From Callorhinchus milii (lineage: Eukaryota), in NCBI RefSeq assembly GCF_018977255.1, contig NW_024704742.1, forward strand, positions 124,622,001 to 124,686,000: a stretch of 64,000 bases of DNA, written 5' to 3'. This document shows positions 1-12,688 of the stretch, piece after piece. The notes beneath the pieces were generated by a model. The model was not told where the DNA came from, did not search any database, and saw nothing but the letters and a program-made list of their open reading frames with translations. Made by a program: the position numbers and the translations under genes. Each line of letters begins with the position of its first letter. Position 1 is the stretch's first letter.

Positions 1-830
1 AGGGAGTGCGCTTTGAAGGTGAGTACCAGGATCTTGAACTGTATCCTCTGGATGAGGGGAAGCCAGTGGAGTCGGGCGAGGATGGAGGTAATAGGGTCAG
101 GAGCGTGGTGCAGTGTTCTGGATGATCTGCAGCCTGTGGAAGGAGGAGTTAGGGAGGCCGACAAGCAATGAGTTTGCATAGTTGAGCCTTGATGTAATGA
201 AAGCATGTATGAGGGTTTCGGTGGCCTGCGGTGTGAGACAGTGGCGGAGGCGGGCGACGTTGCGGAGGTGGGGGAAGGCAGAGCGGGTCATGGCGCAGAT
301 GTGGGGTAAAAGGATAATTGAAGGTCAAACAAGGCCCCAAGGTTCCGGACTGGCTTAGCAAGGTGGGGTGTGCAACCATGGATGGTGATGCTGTCAGCGC
401 CTGAGATGAGGAGGCGCTGACAGGAGCCAATCAGGAGAGCCTCAGTCTTCATGACGTTCAACTGAAGAAAGTTAGCTCTCATCCAGGACTTGATGTCCGA
501 CAGACATTCTGTCAGCACAGCAGTGGTCCTGGAGTCGAGGGTGGAGGCAGAGAGGTAGAGTTGGGTGTCATCCGCATACATGTGGAAGTTGACCCCATGT
601 CTGCGGATGATGTCACCAAGAGGGAGCATATAGATATTATAGAGGAGGGAATCAAGGACAGAGCCCTGAGAAACGCCGCACGAGACGGTGCGGGGGATAG
701 ATGAGAAACCGTTTGTGGAGATGAAGTGGAGGTGGTGTGAGAGGTATGATCTTAACCAATCAAGGACAGAGCCGTGAAGGTTGAGGTGAGAGGAGAGGCA
801 GTGGATGAGGATAGAGTGATCGAAAGTGTT
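1..830 (-). mobile_element. L2 LINE ORF2 fragment (RT domain), frameshifted, runs off window start
   Basis: [28 protein letters not shown] motifs; close relative of the 39400-40250 sequence. Confidence 0.93.
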
Positions 831-2039
831 GATATAATGTTCTCTGTAGAACATTTATCCTGGTATTACCCTGCAAGAAAATCTCTCCTCTGGAGTTGCC
901 TGTCATGAGATAGATGCTATAAAAAAATCTGTCTCTCCTTCTCTTCCTGTCATATGCAGCTGACCTACCGTGAATGACAAAGTGCAGAACATTTTGCAGT
1001 GGTAGTGAACTAACCATATGACCAAAAACAAAGCAGAACCTATAAATTCTTAGAAGAGCTTTGAAAAAGAGAAATTGTGAAAGGCATGAAATGCAAACGA
1101 GAGAATAATATTAATAATAATAATCCTTGCATTGGATATAGTGTCATTTGTGGCAAGAAGACGTCTCAAAGAGCTTCACAGGATATACTGTAAAGTGGAC
1201 TTGATAGGCAGAATGGGCTGTTTCTGTGGAGTAGGATTCAGTGAAGAACTTTAGAAAATAAAACACAATAACTGGATAGTGTGCTCCCGTGCTGAAACAG
1301 CATTGAACGATACACCCATTTTTAGATGGTGCTTTGTTTGGTAGAACTCCTTGATTGTGGCACTCAGCTCCGATATTGTATTTTTAAAGTCACGATATTG
1401 TGCATGAAAATAAGAAGATAATAGGAACACATCTTAATTTCTGTTTCTCAAGCATTATCCTCTTTGTAAATTACAAATCCATAATGCATTCAGCTGAGGG
1501 AGGAATTGCTATTTGAAGGAATAAAATGTTTTGCTTTTCAACGCACGTGTGATTCTGATCCATTTTTATAATTAAATCTTGCCTTTGATGTGCTAAAATT
1601 GTTTTTTTAAAAAAACGTTTGATTACAATTCCCACAGCCTTAAATTAAATTCATCCACCATTGACATTCTGCGCAATTCCATTTACTTCATTTTTAAACA
1701 TTTTAATAAGCTCACGAATAGCAGAAAGCTTGTCAGATTATTATTGAACCAAGAACAAGCAAGATATAAAATGAACAAATGCAAATATGTAATGAAATAG
1801 GCTCCTAAAGACCAACAGATACAAAATAAATTTGATTTAGTGAAACAAATCAAATGCATTCATTACAGATTTATTGACCAAAACTATCAATGGTCCATTC
1901 ATCCGAACCCCATCTGCTTCTTTCAGATCACATGCTCTTACTTCTACAGGCCAAATACTAAACCCAGTAAATCTTTGATCCATGGGACTGTAATAGTTAT
2001 CCTTTAAGTTTTCCAAGTATGATTTCTTCATGCCTCACA

Positions 2040-2284
2040 TAATAATAATAATAATAATCCTCGCATCTGAAGTAGCACTTTTCACATCTTCTAGACGTCT
2101 CAAAGAGCTTCACAGAATATGCTGTAAAGTGAATTGATCGTATATTTGTGGGCGAAACATGGCAGCCAATTGCGCACAGCAGTGTCCCACAAACAGTCGT
2201 GGATTGAAAGTGACAATTTTTTTTTTTTTTTGGAGGGATTATTATTAGGCGTGTGGAGTAAGGAAACTTGCCCAAGGTTTCGCC
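2040..2284 (-). mobile_element. SINE, 5'-truncated (short subfamily)
   Basis: Matches body of full-length copies; (ATT)n tail. Confidence 0.9.
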
Positions 2285-4928
2285 CATGAGTCCAGTCGCT
2301 ATATAATGTAAGTTGTTGTTTATGGTTTTTGGTGTGGAAAACTTTTTGCAGTTCAGAGCTGATTGTATTTGAAATTTCACTCAGGAACAAGAAGCAAAAC
2401 CAATCCAACTAATAAAAGAATCAAACCTCATTTCTATAATAATAGTCCTTACATTTAATATAGTGCCTTATCACGTCTTCGAGACGTCTCAAAGCGCTTC
2501 ACAGGATGTACCACAAAGTGAATTGACTATATTTTGGGGTGTGAGCAAAACAGTTGTAACATAAGCAGTATTACGGTTAATGTGGCTTTTTTTTAATATA
2601 TAAAAAAAATGTTCTCCTGACTTAAATTCATTTTACAGACAATATATGAACATTGGAAAGCTTGATACAAGAACCATTCATCCTGCCTGGCCTTTCATAG
2701 ACCTTAGAAGCCTTATCCTTTCTTGCACTTCACCCCACTACTTCATCTGCTTTGGAAAGTGCTGTGTTGATACTCAATTAAACCTAAAACAGCCAAAAAT
2801 AAGTTCTGCTCTTCATCCACCCCCAGTTTTCAAACTTGCCTCCTTCCCTTTGAATACAACCATTGGTCCGAGCAATACATAGACCATTGTGTCCTACAGA
2901 GTATTTGTGGTTTTCCTACGCAGTTCCAACACAGTTCTCAAACAAAATACGTATACTGCTTTATGTTGAAGGAGTTAATAGACATATCAACTGATGGCCT
3001 TTGGTGAAAGACAGTTTCACATACCATATCTATTTTTTGCTGATCTCAAATCCTACTTGAGCCTTATGCACTTGAAACCTATTGCCTGCAGTTTCTGCAC
3101 TTAACAGTTAAAGTTAAACATTTTAGAGACCTGGGTCACGTTGTAGTTTAATCTTTTTCCTAATGAGAATATGATCATCTGTTTGAAGCTCTCCTCCTGC
3201 TGTAACTTTTAATCTTGATGCACCTCCTCTGAACTCTCTCCTACACTTTATTGTCCGTTGGAAAGCAATTGCCCAGGATTGACGTAGGTTTATACATTTT
3301 TTTAAAATTAAAATTTAATTTCTCTGCAGTTACTCTCAGAAGTAGTGCATAAAAGATAAATTTGATCAAAATGATTGAAAAACAGCTGTGACTGTGTGCA
3401 ATAACATTTATCTTTAATATTTTACTGTAATTGAATAACCATGATCTATATATGGTTGACAAAACATAGGCAGAGAGTTGCACTTCAAGACTTTCTATCA
3501 AAGGAAATACACAGCTGAGCAGGTAGCAAGGCTACATAAGGGCAGATGTACTGTCAAGTCTCTTAAAAATAGGAAACAAATCATACCTTAACAGTTTGTT
3601 TTCAACATCAAAACGCAGCCTGAAGTATTCATCACACAGGGTTTGCTTTAACACCTAGTCCTCCATCGGGACACATTACAACACAGTTGCTCAAGTGCAT
3701 TGTGCCAATTGTGCCAATTATGGTTTATGAATATTTTATTATGAATATTGGAGAACTTGCTGGTTGAAACTAGGTTGCGTTGCTCCAAACAACCAATTAA
3801 TCATCACAACTTTGATCAGCAGAAATCCTCCTACTCTGTTTGTAGTGTAAACACTTCAAAAGCAAATTAATTTGATTTGTGTCTTTTCAGTGCCAAGAGA
3901 TATAACAAATAAACACAATTACTAGTAGCTTTTTGAATGTAACAATAAATAGTAAATTGGAATACAGTTGCACTTGCAGATGTGTGGAAAATGTCTTGCA
4001 CATTTATTTTCTATTGAGTTTTATTGCTGAACAATTTAAGATGTCAGTGGATTTTCTGTTTATGTTAGATTCAGTAAAATTGCAATTTGAGCTTTTGTTT
4101 TATGTTATATCAATCAGAATTATTTTGACTGATGTTTTTGGCAGGGATTATTCTCATTATGCTGAACTGCAAACACACTGGTCACTGTTTAATATTAATG
4201 ATGAGTCATGATCTATCTGCTGCACCTTTACAATAATCATTACTGCCAAAATGTCTTATTTTATTCAATTAATCCCATATAACAAAATGAGTGAAAGATG
4301 TGGAACATAATCTTTACCTACAATTCTGTTTTAAGCATTCTAAAGTTTTTTTTAGAAAAATAATATTTAAGTATGCTTATAAGAATGGTTAGGAAACATT
4401 ATGAGCTTAATCTAATTCTGCAAGGGGTTCTGGCAGTGCAGTATCATGCTGTGGAAATTGTTGATATGATTAGAAATGTAATTAATTTTGGTAAATTATC
4501 TCAAGTGCTCAATCAAATTAATCATATGTTTTTCAACCTCAATATCTAATTATGAATCTCATTTATTTAAATAATCCTGCTTTTAATTATGTATGTATGA
4601 ATGTATGCATGTATGTTTGTGTGTGTTTGTGTGTGTGTGTATGAGAGAGATTGTTTGGAATTAAAAAAAACTTTCCTGGCACCTGTTCCAGTCATGACCC
4701 TCTTGACCCTCTTGGGTATTTCCATCATATTGTCCTCAAAGTTACTCGATTTCAGGATTGCAAAGGTATGTGCTTCTCTATCTTATGAAGCTTTTTGAGA
4801 CGTCTCAAAGACGTGATAATGCACTGTATCAAATGCATGGATTATTATTATTAAGGAGCACATGACAAAGCAGAAATAATAAGAGGCTATTTGCTTCATG
4901 GATCTTGTTCTTTCCAATGGAGTCTTTT

Positions 4929-5252
4929 GTCGAGTCCTGTAGCTCAGTGGTTAGAGCACTTGCCTTGCAAGCGAGACACCTGGGTTCAATTCCAGGCAGA
5001 GGGCGAAACCTTGGGCAAGTTTCCTTACTCCACACACCTAATAATAATCCCTCCAAAAAACAAAACAATAATAAATTGGTCATTTTCAATCCACGACTGT
5101 TTGTGAGACACTGCTGTGTGAGATTGGCTGCCGCGTTTCGCCCACAAATATACAGTCAATTCACTTTAAAGCATTTTCTGTGAAGCGCTTTGAGACGACT
5201 AGAAGATGTGAAAAGCGCTATATTAAATGCAAGGATTATTATTATTATTATT
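4929..5252 (+). mobile_element. Full-length tRNA-derived SINE (Deu-domain-like core, L2-type 3' tail)
   Basis: A box TAGCTCAGTGG, B box GGTTCAATTCC, core ctgtttgtgagacactgctgtgtgagattggctgccgcgttt, stem-loop and (ATT)n tail. Confidence 0.93.
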
Positions 5253-6369
5253 AATGACCATACATAGTTTGTCTTATCCAATACTCAACAAAATTCATGC
5301 TGTGTTTGATGGTGATTCACTGCGACTTGATGCTATTTTAGTGGTGACTTGCTTCTATATGAGGTAAGGAAATGCAAATCATGCTGGAGCCTACTTTTCA
5401 CACCACTGGGAGGAGCTGGTTGCAATAGTGCTGTGATTCTTGGCTGCCTTGTTTTGCCCATAAATACATAGTCAACCCACTTTACAGTATATTCTGTGAA
5501 GCGCTTTGAGACGTCTCAGCAATGTGATAAGGCGCTGTATTAAATGCAAGGTTTGTTATTATCATTATTCACACAAGCTACAATAAAAACTGGGCATGTG
5601 CACATCACACTGGATTCATTCCCTGAGATTTGTTGAATGTTCTGAGTCCCAACAGACACCTGAGGAACTTGTTTTTAATGTTGTTAAAGAGATAAATGTG
5701 CAACTTATTTTTTAATAACATTAAAAACAAACACTTGATTTTAATGATATGTGTGTACACAAACACTGATACCTTGCTTAAATTTCAAAGCACTGTAGCA
5801 CAGCTCACTCAACAACAACTTGCATTTATATAGCGCCCTTCACGGGATCGTGTCTTGGAGTGTTTAACAGCTTTGTGATTTCCGGATTGGAAAGAGAGGG
5901 GAGGTGACTGAAGGCATGGTAGAAGACAAAAGTCTTCTGGTGTGATTTGAAGATGGGCAATGAGGGAGCAAGTCAGAGGGATTGAGGCAAGTAGTTCCAG
6001 AGATTCAGGTCACAGTGGCTAAACTTGTGTGGAGTATAAGCACAAGCTGAACTGGATGGGCTAAATGGCCTGTTTCTGTGCTGTACTTTCTATGAATCTG
6101 GAAAATATAGCTCAAATTTTGTGAAGCGCTTTGAACCATCTCAAAGACATGATAAGACACTATATCAAATGCAAAGATTATTATTGTCGCTGTATGGCTA
6201 GGAGAGAAATGGCTTTGCTTTCTGTTGTCTAGACACAGCACTAATCTGAGGGAATGTTTGCAAAGCTTCATTCTGAACACTCACAAAAAGCAATTAAGTG
6301 AGACTCCAGAATATCCAACATTCTTATTTATGTTTCAATTCATGCTGATTTAATGCTGTTTTCAACTGG

Positions 6370-6590
6370 AACATAAGAACATAAGAATTAGGAGCAGGAG
6401 TAGGCCATTCGGTCCCTCTAGCCTGCCCCGCCATTCAATAAGATCATGGCTGATCTGTTCTAACTCCACCTACCCGCCTTATCCCCGTATTCCATAATCC
6501 CTTTATCCACAAGAAATCTATCAATCTCAGTCTTGAATATGTTCAAGGACTGAGCAACTACAGTCCTTTGGGGTAGAGAATTCCATAAAT
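6370..6590 (-). mobile_element. CR1 LINE 3' end
   Basis: Reverse complement of the 3' UTR at 58030-58135; tail (AACATAAG)n on + strand. Confidence 0.85.
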
Positions 6591-6736
6591 AAAAGGTGAA
6601 GCATTAGCCTGGTTTAAAACAAATTATTTTATTCAGTCCTCAGGAGGTGCTTTCAGGAATTGAATTGCTGCTTTGGCTGTGGTAACACTTTATAAATGTG
6701 GCATGAAGGGCGCTATATAAATGCTAGTTGTTGTTA

Positions 6737-7059
6737 TAATAATAATAATAATAATCCTTGCATTTGATATAGCGCTTTTCACGTCGGGAGGACGTCCCAA
6801 AGCGCTTCACAGAACATACTGCAAAGTGAATTGACTGTATATTTGTGGGCGAACGCGGCAGCCAATTGCGCACAACAATGTCCCACAAACAGTCGTAGAT
6901 TGAAAATGACCAATTTATTATTGTTTTGGGTTTTTGGAGGGATTATTATTAGGCGTGTGGAGTAAGGAAACTTGCCCAAGGTTTCGCCCTGCCTGGAATT
7001 GAACTCAGGTCTCTCGCTTGCAAAGCGAGTGCTCTAACCACTGAGCTACAGGACTCCAC
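6737..7059 (-). mobile_element. Full-length SINE, variant with L2-type loop
   Basis: tRNA head, core, tail gcgctttgggacgtcctcccgacgtgaaaagcgct. Confidence 0.93.
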
Positions 7060-7253
7060 TTGTTGGTATAAATCATGTCTGCACTGAAGTTGGTTTTGAA
7101 AGAACATTAATGCTACTGATTCTGCATATTTAGTGGTGAATCACAGTGATTTTCTGCCAGGTGTACAGTATAAATGCCTACTCAGGCTAGAGCCACATTC
7201 GTGAATCTGCTGGGTGAAGTGGATTTAAGGGCAGTACAAATTGTGACTGTACT

Positions 7254-7921
7254 GTGCGCCGTGATCCGCTCTGCCTTACCCCACCTCAGCAACTTCGCCC
7301 GGCTACGACCTGTCTTAAACCGCAGGCCACCGAAACGCTCATACACGCCTTCATTACATCGAGGCTCGACTATGCAAACTCACTGCTTGTCGGCTTCCCA
7401 ACTCCTCCCTCCACAGGATCATCCAGAACTCTGCAGCCCATGTCCTCTCCAGCACTAGGCTCGCCCCCATCCTCGCCCAACTCCACTGGCTTCCCATCAC
7501 ACAGAGGATACAGTTCAAGTTCCTGGTCCTCACCTTCAAAGCCCTCCATGGTCTTGCTTACCCCTACCTCTCTGACCTCCTAACCCCCTACCACCCTATT
7601 CGCCCCCTCCGTTCAGCGGGCTCCGGCCTGCTTCATGTCCGCCGCCTTGCTCGCTCCACTATCGGCAGACGGGCCTTCCGCCAATCTGCATCCACCCTCT
7701 GGAACTCCATCCCGCAGTCCCTTCATCTTGCTCCCTCCCTTGCCAACTTTAAGATCCACCTCAAGACCCTCCTCTTTGACAGTGCTTTCGATCTCATGCT
7801 TCTCCCCCTGCCCTCCACCCACCCCGATCCGCAGCTCGGGTCGGGAACTCTGTCTGTCCATCACCTTGGGATGTCCTCCCGACGTGAAAGGCGCTATACA
7901 AATGTAATTTTGTTGTTGTTT
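7254..7921 (+). mobile_element. L2 LINE 3' fragment
   Basis: [17 protein letters not shown]; 3' stem-loop and (TTG)n tail. Confidence 0.92.
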
Positions 7922-8669
7922 TAAACACATCGGGTATGATAACACTTTGCAAAAAACTTTTACTAAAAATCTTACCAAATATTTTTGGCTCTTTAAATAA
8001 TTTTTTTGAAAAAACACCCAATTTAGATATTCAATTCCCATGTTAAGATGTACATGTTTATGGATCACACGAAAACTGAGTGTTTTTCTTTACCAATTGG
8101 ACATAATATGCAATGAATAGCGGCTTCCCAATCCACTTCGCTGCACTTCTGGCTATAAAGTGATGTTGCTCTTGGCACTGCAACAACATAAAATGTTTAA
8201 TTGCTCTTTGGCAGTCCATTGGAATTGGGCATTGTATTGTCCAGCTTCTCACATAAGAGGATGAGTCAAACTACATCTCTGAACAATGGATTTCAACAAC
8301 AACAACAGCTTGCATTGATATCCCCGACTGTCCAAATCCCTGACTGTCCAGCGCCTTGGGACGGTCTCCCGATGTGAAAGGCGCTATATAAATGTAATTT
8401 TGTATTGTATTGTATATAGTGTCCCTCATACAGGTTAGCATCCCAGAATGCTTAAAGAGCTTAGACAACAATTGACCTTAGAAACTGTTGCGGAAAAAGT
8501 ATAGTGCAGAAACAATGAGACAGGACAGTAATATGTGATAACACACTGAAGTTGTACATGATGAGTTATTTTAAAAAGAGGGATGTGCATCCATACACAG
8601 TGGTATAAGAAAAAAACCCTATCATCAGTTGCATTGTTGAACACAACGCTGCATATTCTCATTGATTAG

Positions 8670-8823
8670 GAATAACAAGAAATAATTTTGAAGGAAAGAA
8701 AGTTGTTCAACTTGAATATGAAGCTTATATTTCGATGGCTGAAGCTGAAATAAAGAAAATTTGCAGGGATATAAGGAATAAATGGCCAATGATTCAGCAC
8801 ATCAGTGTCCATCACAGACTTGG
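8670..8823 (+). CDS. MOCS2: MOCS2B exon (human exon 5 equivalent)
   Basis: tag|GA ATA ACA AGA...CTT GG|gtaagt; [52 protein letters not shown]. Confidence 0.97.
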
Positions 8824-11252
8824 GTAAGTTACTGACATTTAATATGTTGTGCATTAGATTATGTTTGAGCAAGAGGAATAGGCATGGTAAAGAGTAGATA
8901 TTTCTAATAGTGTTTCAATTAGGTATAAATGTGCTTAAAAAATGCCATGTGCCATTTTAGTTAGAAAAATAAGAGGAATATTTCCATATTTCACATGTAT
9001 TGCATATTAGTTAATCTTTGTGGAATTGAAGGAAAGTTATTCCACTTGAGTGTCACCTGACACCTGGCTCAGTTGGTAACACTCGTCTCTGAGTCAGAAG
9101 GTTGTGGGTTCAAGCCCCATGTCGGGACTTTGAACTCAAAATAGTCTCGGATGATTCTCCAGTACAGTGTTGGGAGATTTCTACATGCCTTTAGGTGCCA
9201 TCTTTGAAATATGGTGTTAAAATTGGTCCTATTTGCCTGTTCAGATGGGTGTAGCACTATTCGAAAATAGAAGAGAGTTGCTCCATATATCCTGCCCAAC
9301 AATCTCCCGGATAAAATTGGTCATTCACTTCATGGCTGTTTGTGGGTTATTGCTGTGCACAAATTGGCTGACACGTTTGCCTACAAAATACACGTGAACT
9401 TTGCCATAAATCCTGTGTCGCAGTTTGAGACCTACTCCCTACATAAAATATGGTATATCCAATCTGAGAATTTTTTTTTGTTATTTAAGACCTTTCAAGA
9501 ATGCCCTCTTATGAGAATATGGTGGAATAAAAAATGCTTTGTTTATAAATAGAAAGGAGAATAATTTCAAACGATTTTGAAAATAAGTTTTCAGGGCTTT
9601 AGAATGAATGGTTTTCTATTTTAAAAAAATCTAATTCCCTTTTTCCGCAGTTTGGTTCCTATAACAGAAGCAAGTGTAATCATAGCCATATCCTCGCCAC
9701 ACAGAAATGACTCTCTTGATTCTGTGAAATATTGTATTGACACTTTGAAAGCAACAGTACCAATATGGAAGAAGGTATTTTTTTAAAAAAATCCAACTAC
9801 AGTAAAACTCTATACAGTCTAATCTGTATAAATTGTATAATCCCTTAAATCGTACATCTGCTCAAATCCCATTCAAGAGTTTATATTCTATGCAAGTTTG
9901 ACATAACACATATTTTGCATAAGTCATATTAAATGTATGGTCCCAACTGATATGACGTATGTGAGGTTTACTGTATAAATGCAAATTATTGTTGTTGTTA
10001 TGTATATATACATATACCAACAATAATTCACATTTATTTAGCAACCTTCATGTGGGTACTTTCCTCAGAGTGCTCACATACATAGAATTACGTATACAGA
10101 ATCTACAGCACTACAGCACTGAAACAGGCCATTTGGCTCCACTGGTTTGTGAGTCTCTATCCATCCTATTGCCCTCTCCTGAGTCTCTTCCCGTACTCCT
10201 AGTCCCTTCTCTCTCATGAATGCATTGAATGTCCTGTTAAATAAATTGATGCTTTCTGCTTCAGCTGCAGTTTTGGGTAACGAGTTCCACATCTCACCAC
10301 ACTCTGCGTAAAGTTCATCTTAAGATCCCCTTTGGATCAAATTAGTAGCTATCGTGTATTTATGGCCCTTGTTATGGACTCACCAACAGGTGGAAACAGT
10401 GTATTTATGTTTACCTTATCAAACCTCTTTATAATTTTAAGCGCATCTCTCAGGTCCACTCTGAATCATCCCCAGGGTACAAATTCCTCACCTGTCCAGA
10501 TAGTTATCTCCTGTTATCCTTTTTCTTGTTTTAGTCTCTCTTCATGTGTACTAGATTCTATGCACAAGTGCAAGTCAAACTATCAAGTACATCAATTTTC
10601 CCTTCCCCTCCTGAAGATGTGGTGCCCTTTGCTGAGGGCTGGTCCGTGGGCACTTATATCCTTCAGGTTTCTTGTCCAAGATACCATCTCTCATGTGTGA
10701 GCTAGACAAGATGTTTGATGGTGAATTGGAAAAGGCTGACAGTGAATTGAGATTTTCTTGCCAAGCTCTGATTTTGTCTCTCTGGAGCAACTGTCATATA
10801 GCTTGAAAATATTTTTTTAACTAAAGGAACTCCTTACCAATAGGATTTTATGAACACTTTCATAAATAATGATTTTCTGAAAATATAATGAAGGGCTGCT
10901 TGGTGCTTTATAAACTGCAAGTTGAGGTAATCCTTATTCTTTAATCCTCACTCCCAATGGTGCACTACTAGGGAGAGACTTGGGCAATCCAATTGTTTTA
11001 ATTTGTCTTTGGATTATTCAGTTGAATCAAGGACATGAAATTATTGAGGCTTAAGTGATTTTTAATTCTCACTCCTCTTAAGAGTTGATTTAACATATAT
11101 GGAATTCATGGCATTCAGATAACTATACCCCAATGACTGTAAAGTGTTTTTGTTTCTCTTGTCTATTTCTGATTTAGGAGATCTATGACAATAAAGAGTA
11201 CACCTGGAAGGAAAACAAGGAATGTTTTTGGGCACAAGACCAACAGAAGTAA
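8670..11252 (+). CDS. MOCS2: Molybdopterin synthase catalytic subunit MOCS2B, 3' part (3 coding exons; 5' exons not found in window)
   Basis: Spliced translation (G)[19 protein letters not shown]...[23 protein letters not shown]...[34 protein letters not shown] has MoaE/MOCS2B motifs; GT-AG junctions; convergent with ITGA2 as in mammals. Confidence 0.97.
9062..9460 (+). mobile_element. Older, longer DeuSINE-like element
   Basis: Different tRNA head (gctcagttggtaacact...gggttcaagccc), long core, ctgtttgtggg...aaattggctg; relatives near 17250-17530, 44790-45150, 52125-52555, 53860-54570, 54880-55350. Confidence 0.75.
9651..9774 (+). CDS. MOCS2: MOCS2B exon (human exon 6 equivalent)
   Basis: ttttccgcag|T TTG GTT CCT...AAG AAG|gtattt; [41 protein letters not shown]. 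Confidence 0.97.
10095..10475 (-). mobile_element. Degenerate CR1 3' fragment
   Basis: ORF remnant [25 protein letters not shown] matches the CR1 ORF2 C-terminus. Confidence 0.75.
11178..11252 (+). CDS. MOCS2: MOCS2B terminal coding exon
   Basis: tttag|GAG ATC TAT...[30 protein letters not shown]. Confidence 0.95.
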   Translation, partial: EIYDNKEYTWKENKECFWAQDQQK

Positions 11253-11531
11253 TATGATCCCGACATATCATCTCTTTGCTAAAGTAAAGGGCCTTATGAA
11301 TTTAAATTTGATTCAAGACACTTGAGATTTTAATTGCATTTGTTCTTAAAATGATTTTCAATTGATGATAGTTGATATTTGCTGATTTGATTCTCACTAT
11401 CGATGCTGAATCCAACTACAATCCATCTGTCTCCTGTGGGAGCACGATTATGTTAAATTGATATTCAGAAGCCCTAACTATACATAGGAATTTCATACTG
11501 CTTATTTGCATGTAGCCTTCTTAGTCAAAAC

Positions 11532-11537
11532 AATAAA
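11532..11537 (+). terminator. Candidate proximal MOCS2 poly(A) signal
   Basis: First AATAAA seen after the MOCS2 stop, about 280 nt downstream. Confidence 0.4.
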
Positions 11538-11751
11538 TTCTAACAGAAAATACCAGCTTTTTTGCTGAGAATTCTCTGATGCCATTTTAGTTAAAAACAG
11601 ACTTTAACCTTTTCATGTGCACAAATGCAAGGAAATTTCCATTTAGGTCAGCAAGATTTCACAGCTATTTTGGGCATTATTGACCTGGAATGAGTTAAAC
11701 AAAGTAAATTTATAAATATTCCTGTATGAAATGTTGAATGTACTGTGTACC

Positions 11752-11767
11752 TAGTGCCCTCTAGTGG
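11752..11767 (-). promoter_or_regulatory. CTCF core motif
   Basis: Minus strand reads CCACTAGAGGGCACTA, fitting the CCASYAGRKGGCRSYA-type core consensus. Confidence 0.65.
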
Positions 11768-12682
11768 GTCAAGTGTGTTCTTTATATGCACATTTTTTGT
11801 TACCTGTAATCACAGTTTCATTATTGACCTGTAAGAAAATATATACTCTAAACAAGGTATTCAAATAATCACACTTGCTGCTTTTACAGTCTGTGCATAA
11901 TGTGTTACAGTGTGCAACATTTTACTTTAAGACACCTTCAGAGCTGGCCTTTGGAACACACCCAAACCAAGTACTCAACTTTTCCATTTCTATCTCTGTT
12001 TGGACAAATCTACATGTATACGTCCCTTCTTAACCTTTGCTTATTGTCACAAATCAATTTGTTACCAATTTGATCAACGTTTAAATAGCTATTAGTGAAT
12101 TTATTCAATTCATAGCATTTTGGTCTTTGGATCATAAGTTTCTGTGTTCAAACTGCAGATCAGGACTTGTTCTTGTATCTAGGCTGATTGTTCAGTGCAA
12201 TACTTTAGTGCTGGATATGCTTTTCGTCAAATAATTTGCAAGGATTTTTATAGTTTCCTTGCACTTGCATCAAATTATTACAATTTGCTTGTTCCTTTGG
12301 ATGTTATTGAACCCATGACACTATTTGAAAAGAGGTCGCTATCGGAAACATAACTCAGAAAAACATTTACAAATCATTCAAGATTGTTTTTGAGGAGAAT
12401 TGAAGCAATCCTATGCCACTACTCGAAAAGAGATTGGAGTTTCTCCCGTGTTCCTGCTCTAACAATTGCTCTAAATAAAATTGATTATTTACTTCATAGC
12501 TGTTTGTGAGACATTGCTGTGTGCAAATTGGCTGCCGAGTTTGCTCAGAAAGCAGAGACACTGCATTTTACCATATACACTATGAATGCTTTGGGACATC
12601 CTCCCGATGTGAAAGGTGCTATAACAAATGTAAAGATTATTAAGAAATAGACCGTACGAATAGAAAATCTTTGTCCATAACT

Positions 12683-12688
12683 TTTATT
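12683..12688 (-). terminator. Candidate ITGA2 poly(A) signal
   Basis: Minus-strand AATAAA preceded by U-rich and UGUA elements, about 2 kb after the ITGA2 stop. Confidence 0.5.

Noticed and set aside
1837..2031. 64-aa minus-strand ORF with protein-like composition
   Set aside because: No recognisable domain or splice context; abuts a SINE tail
3241..3501. ORF containing VTAEKL, like MOCS2B FTAEKL
   Set aside because: Wrong strand and no flanking similarity
4929..5005. tRNA-Ala(TGC) genes here and at other SINE heads
   Set aside because: Each continues into the same SINE body and tail, so they are SINE heads
1..8669. MOCS2A ORF (PPISGG) and the bicistronic overlap with MOCS2B
   Set aside because: No matching exons found; probably upstream of the window, so the bicistronic arrangement cannot be assessed
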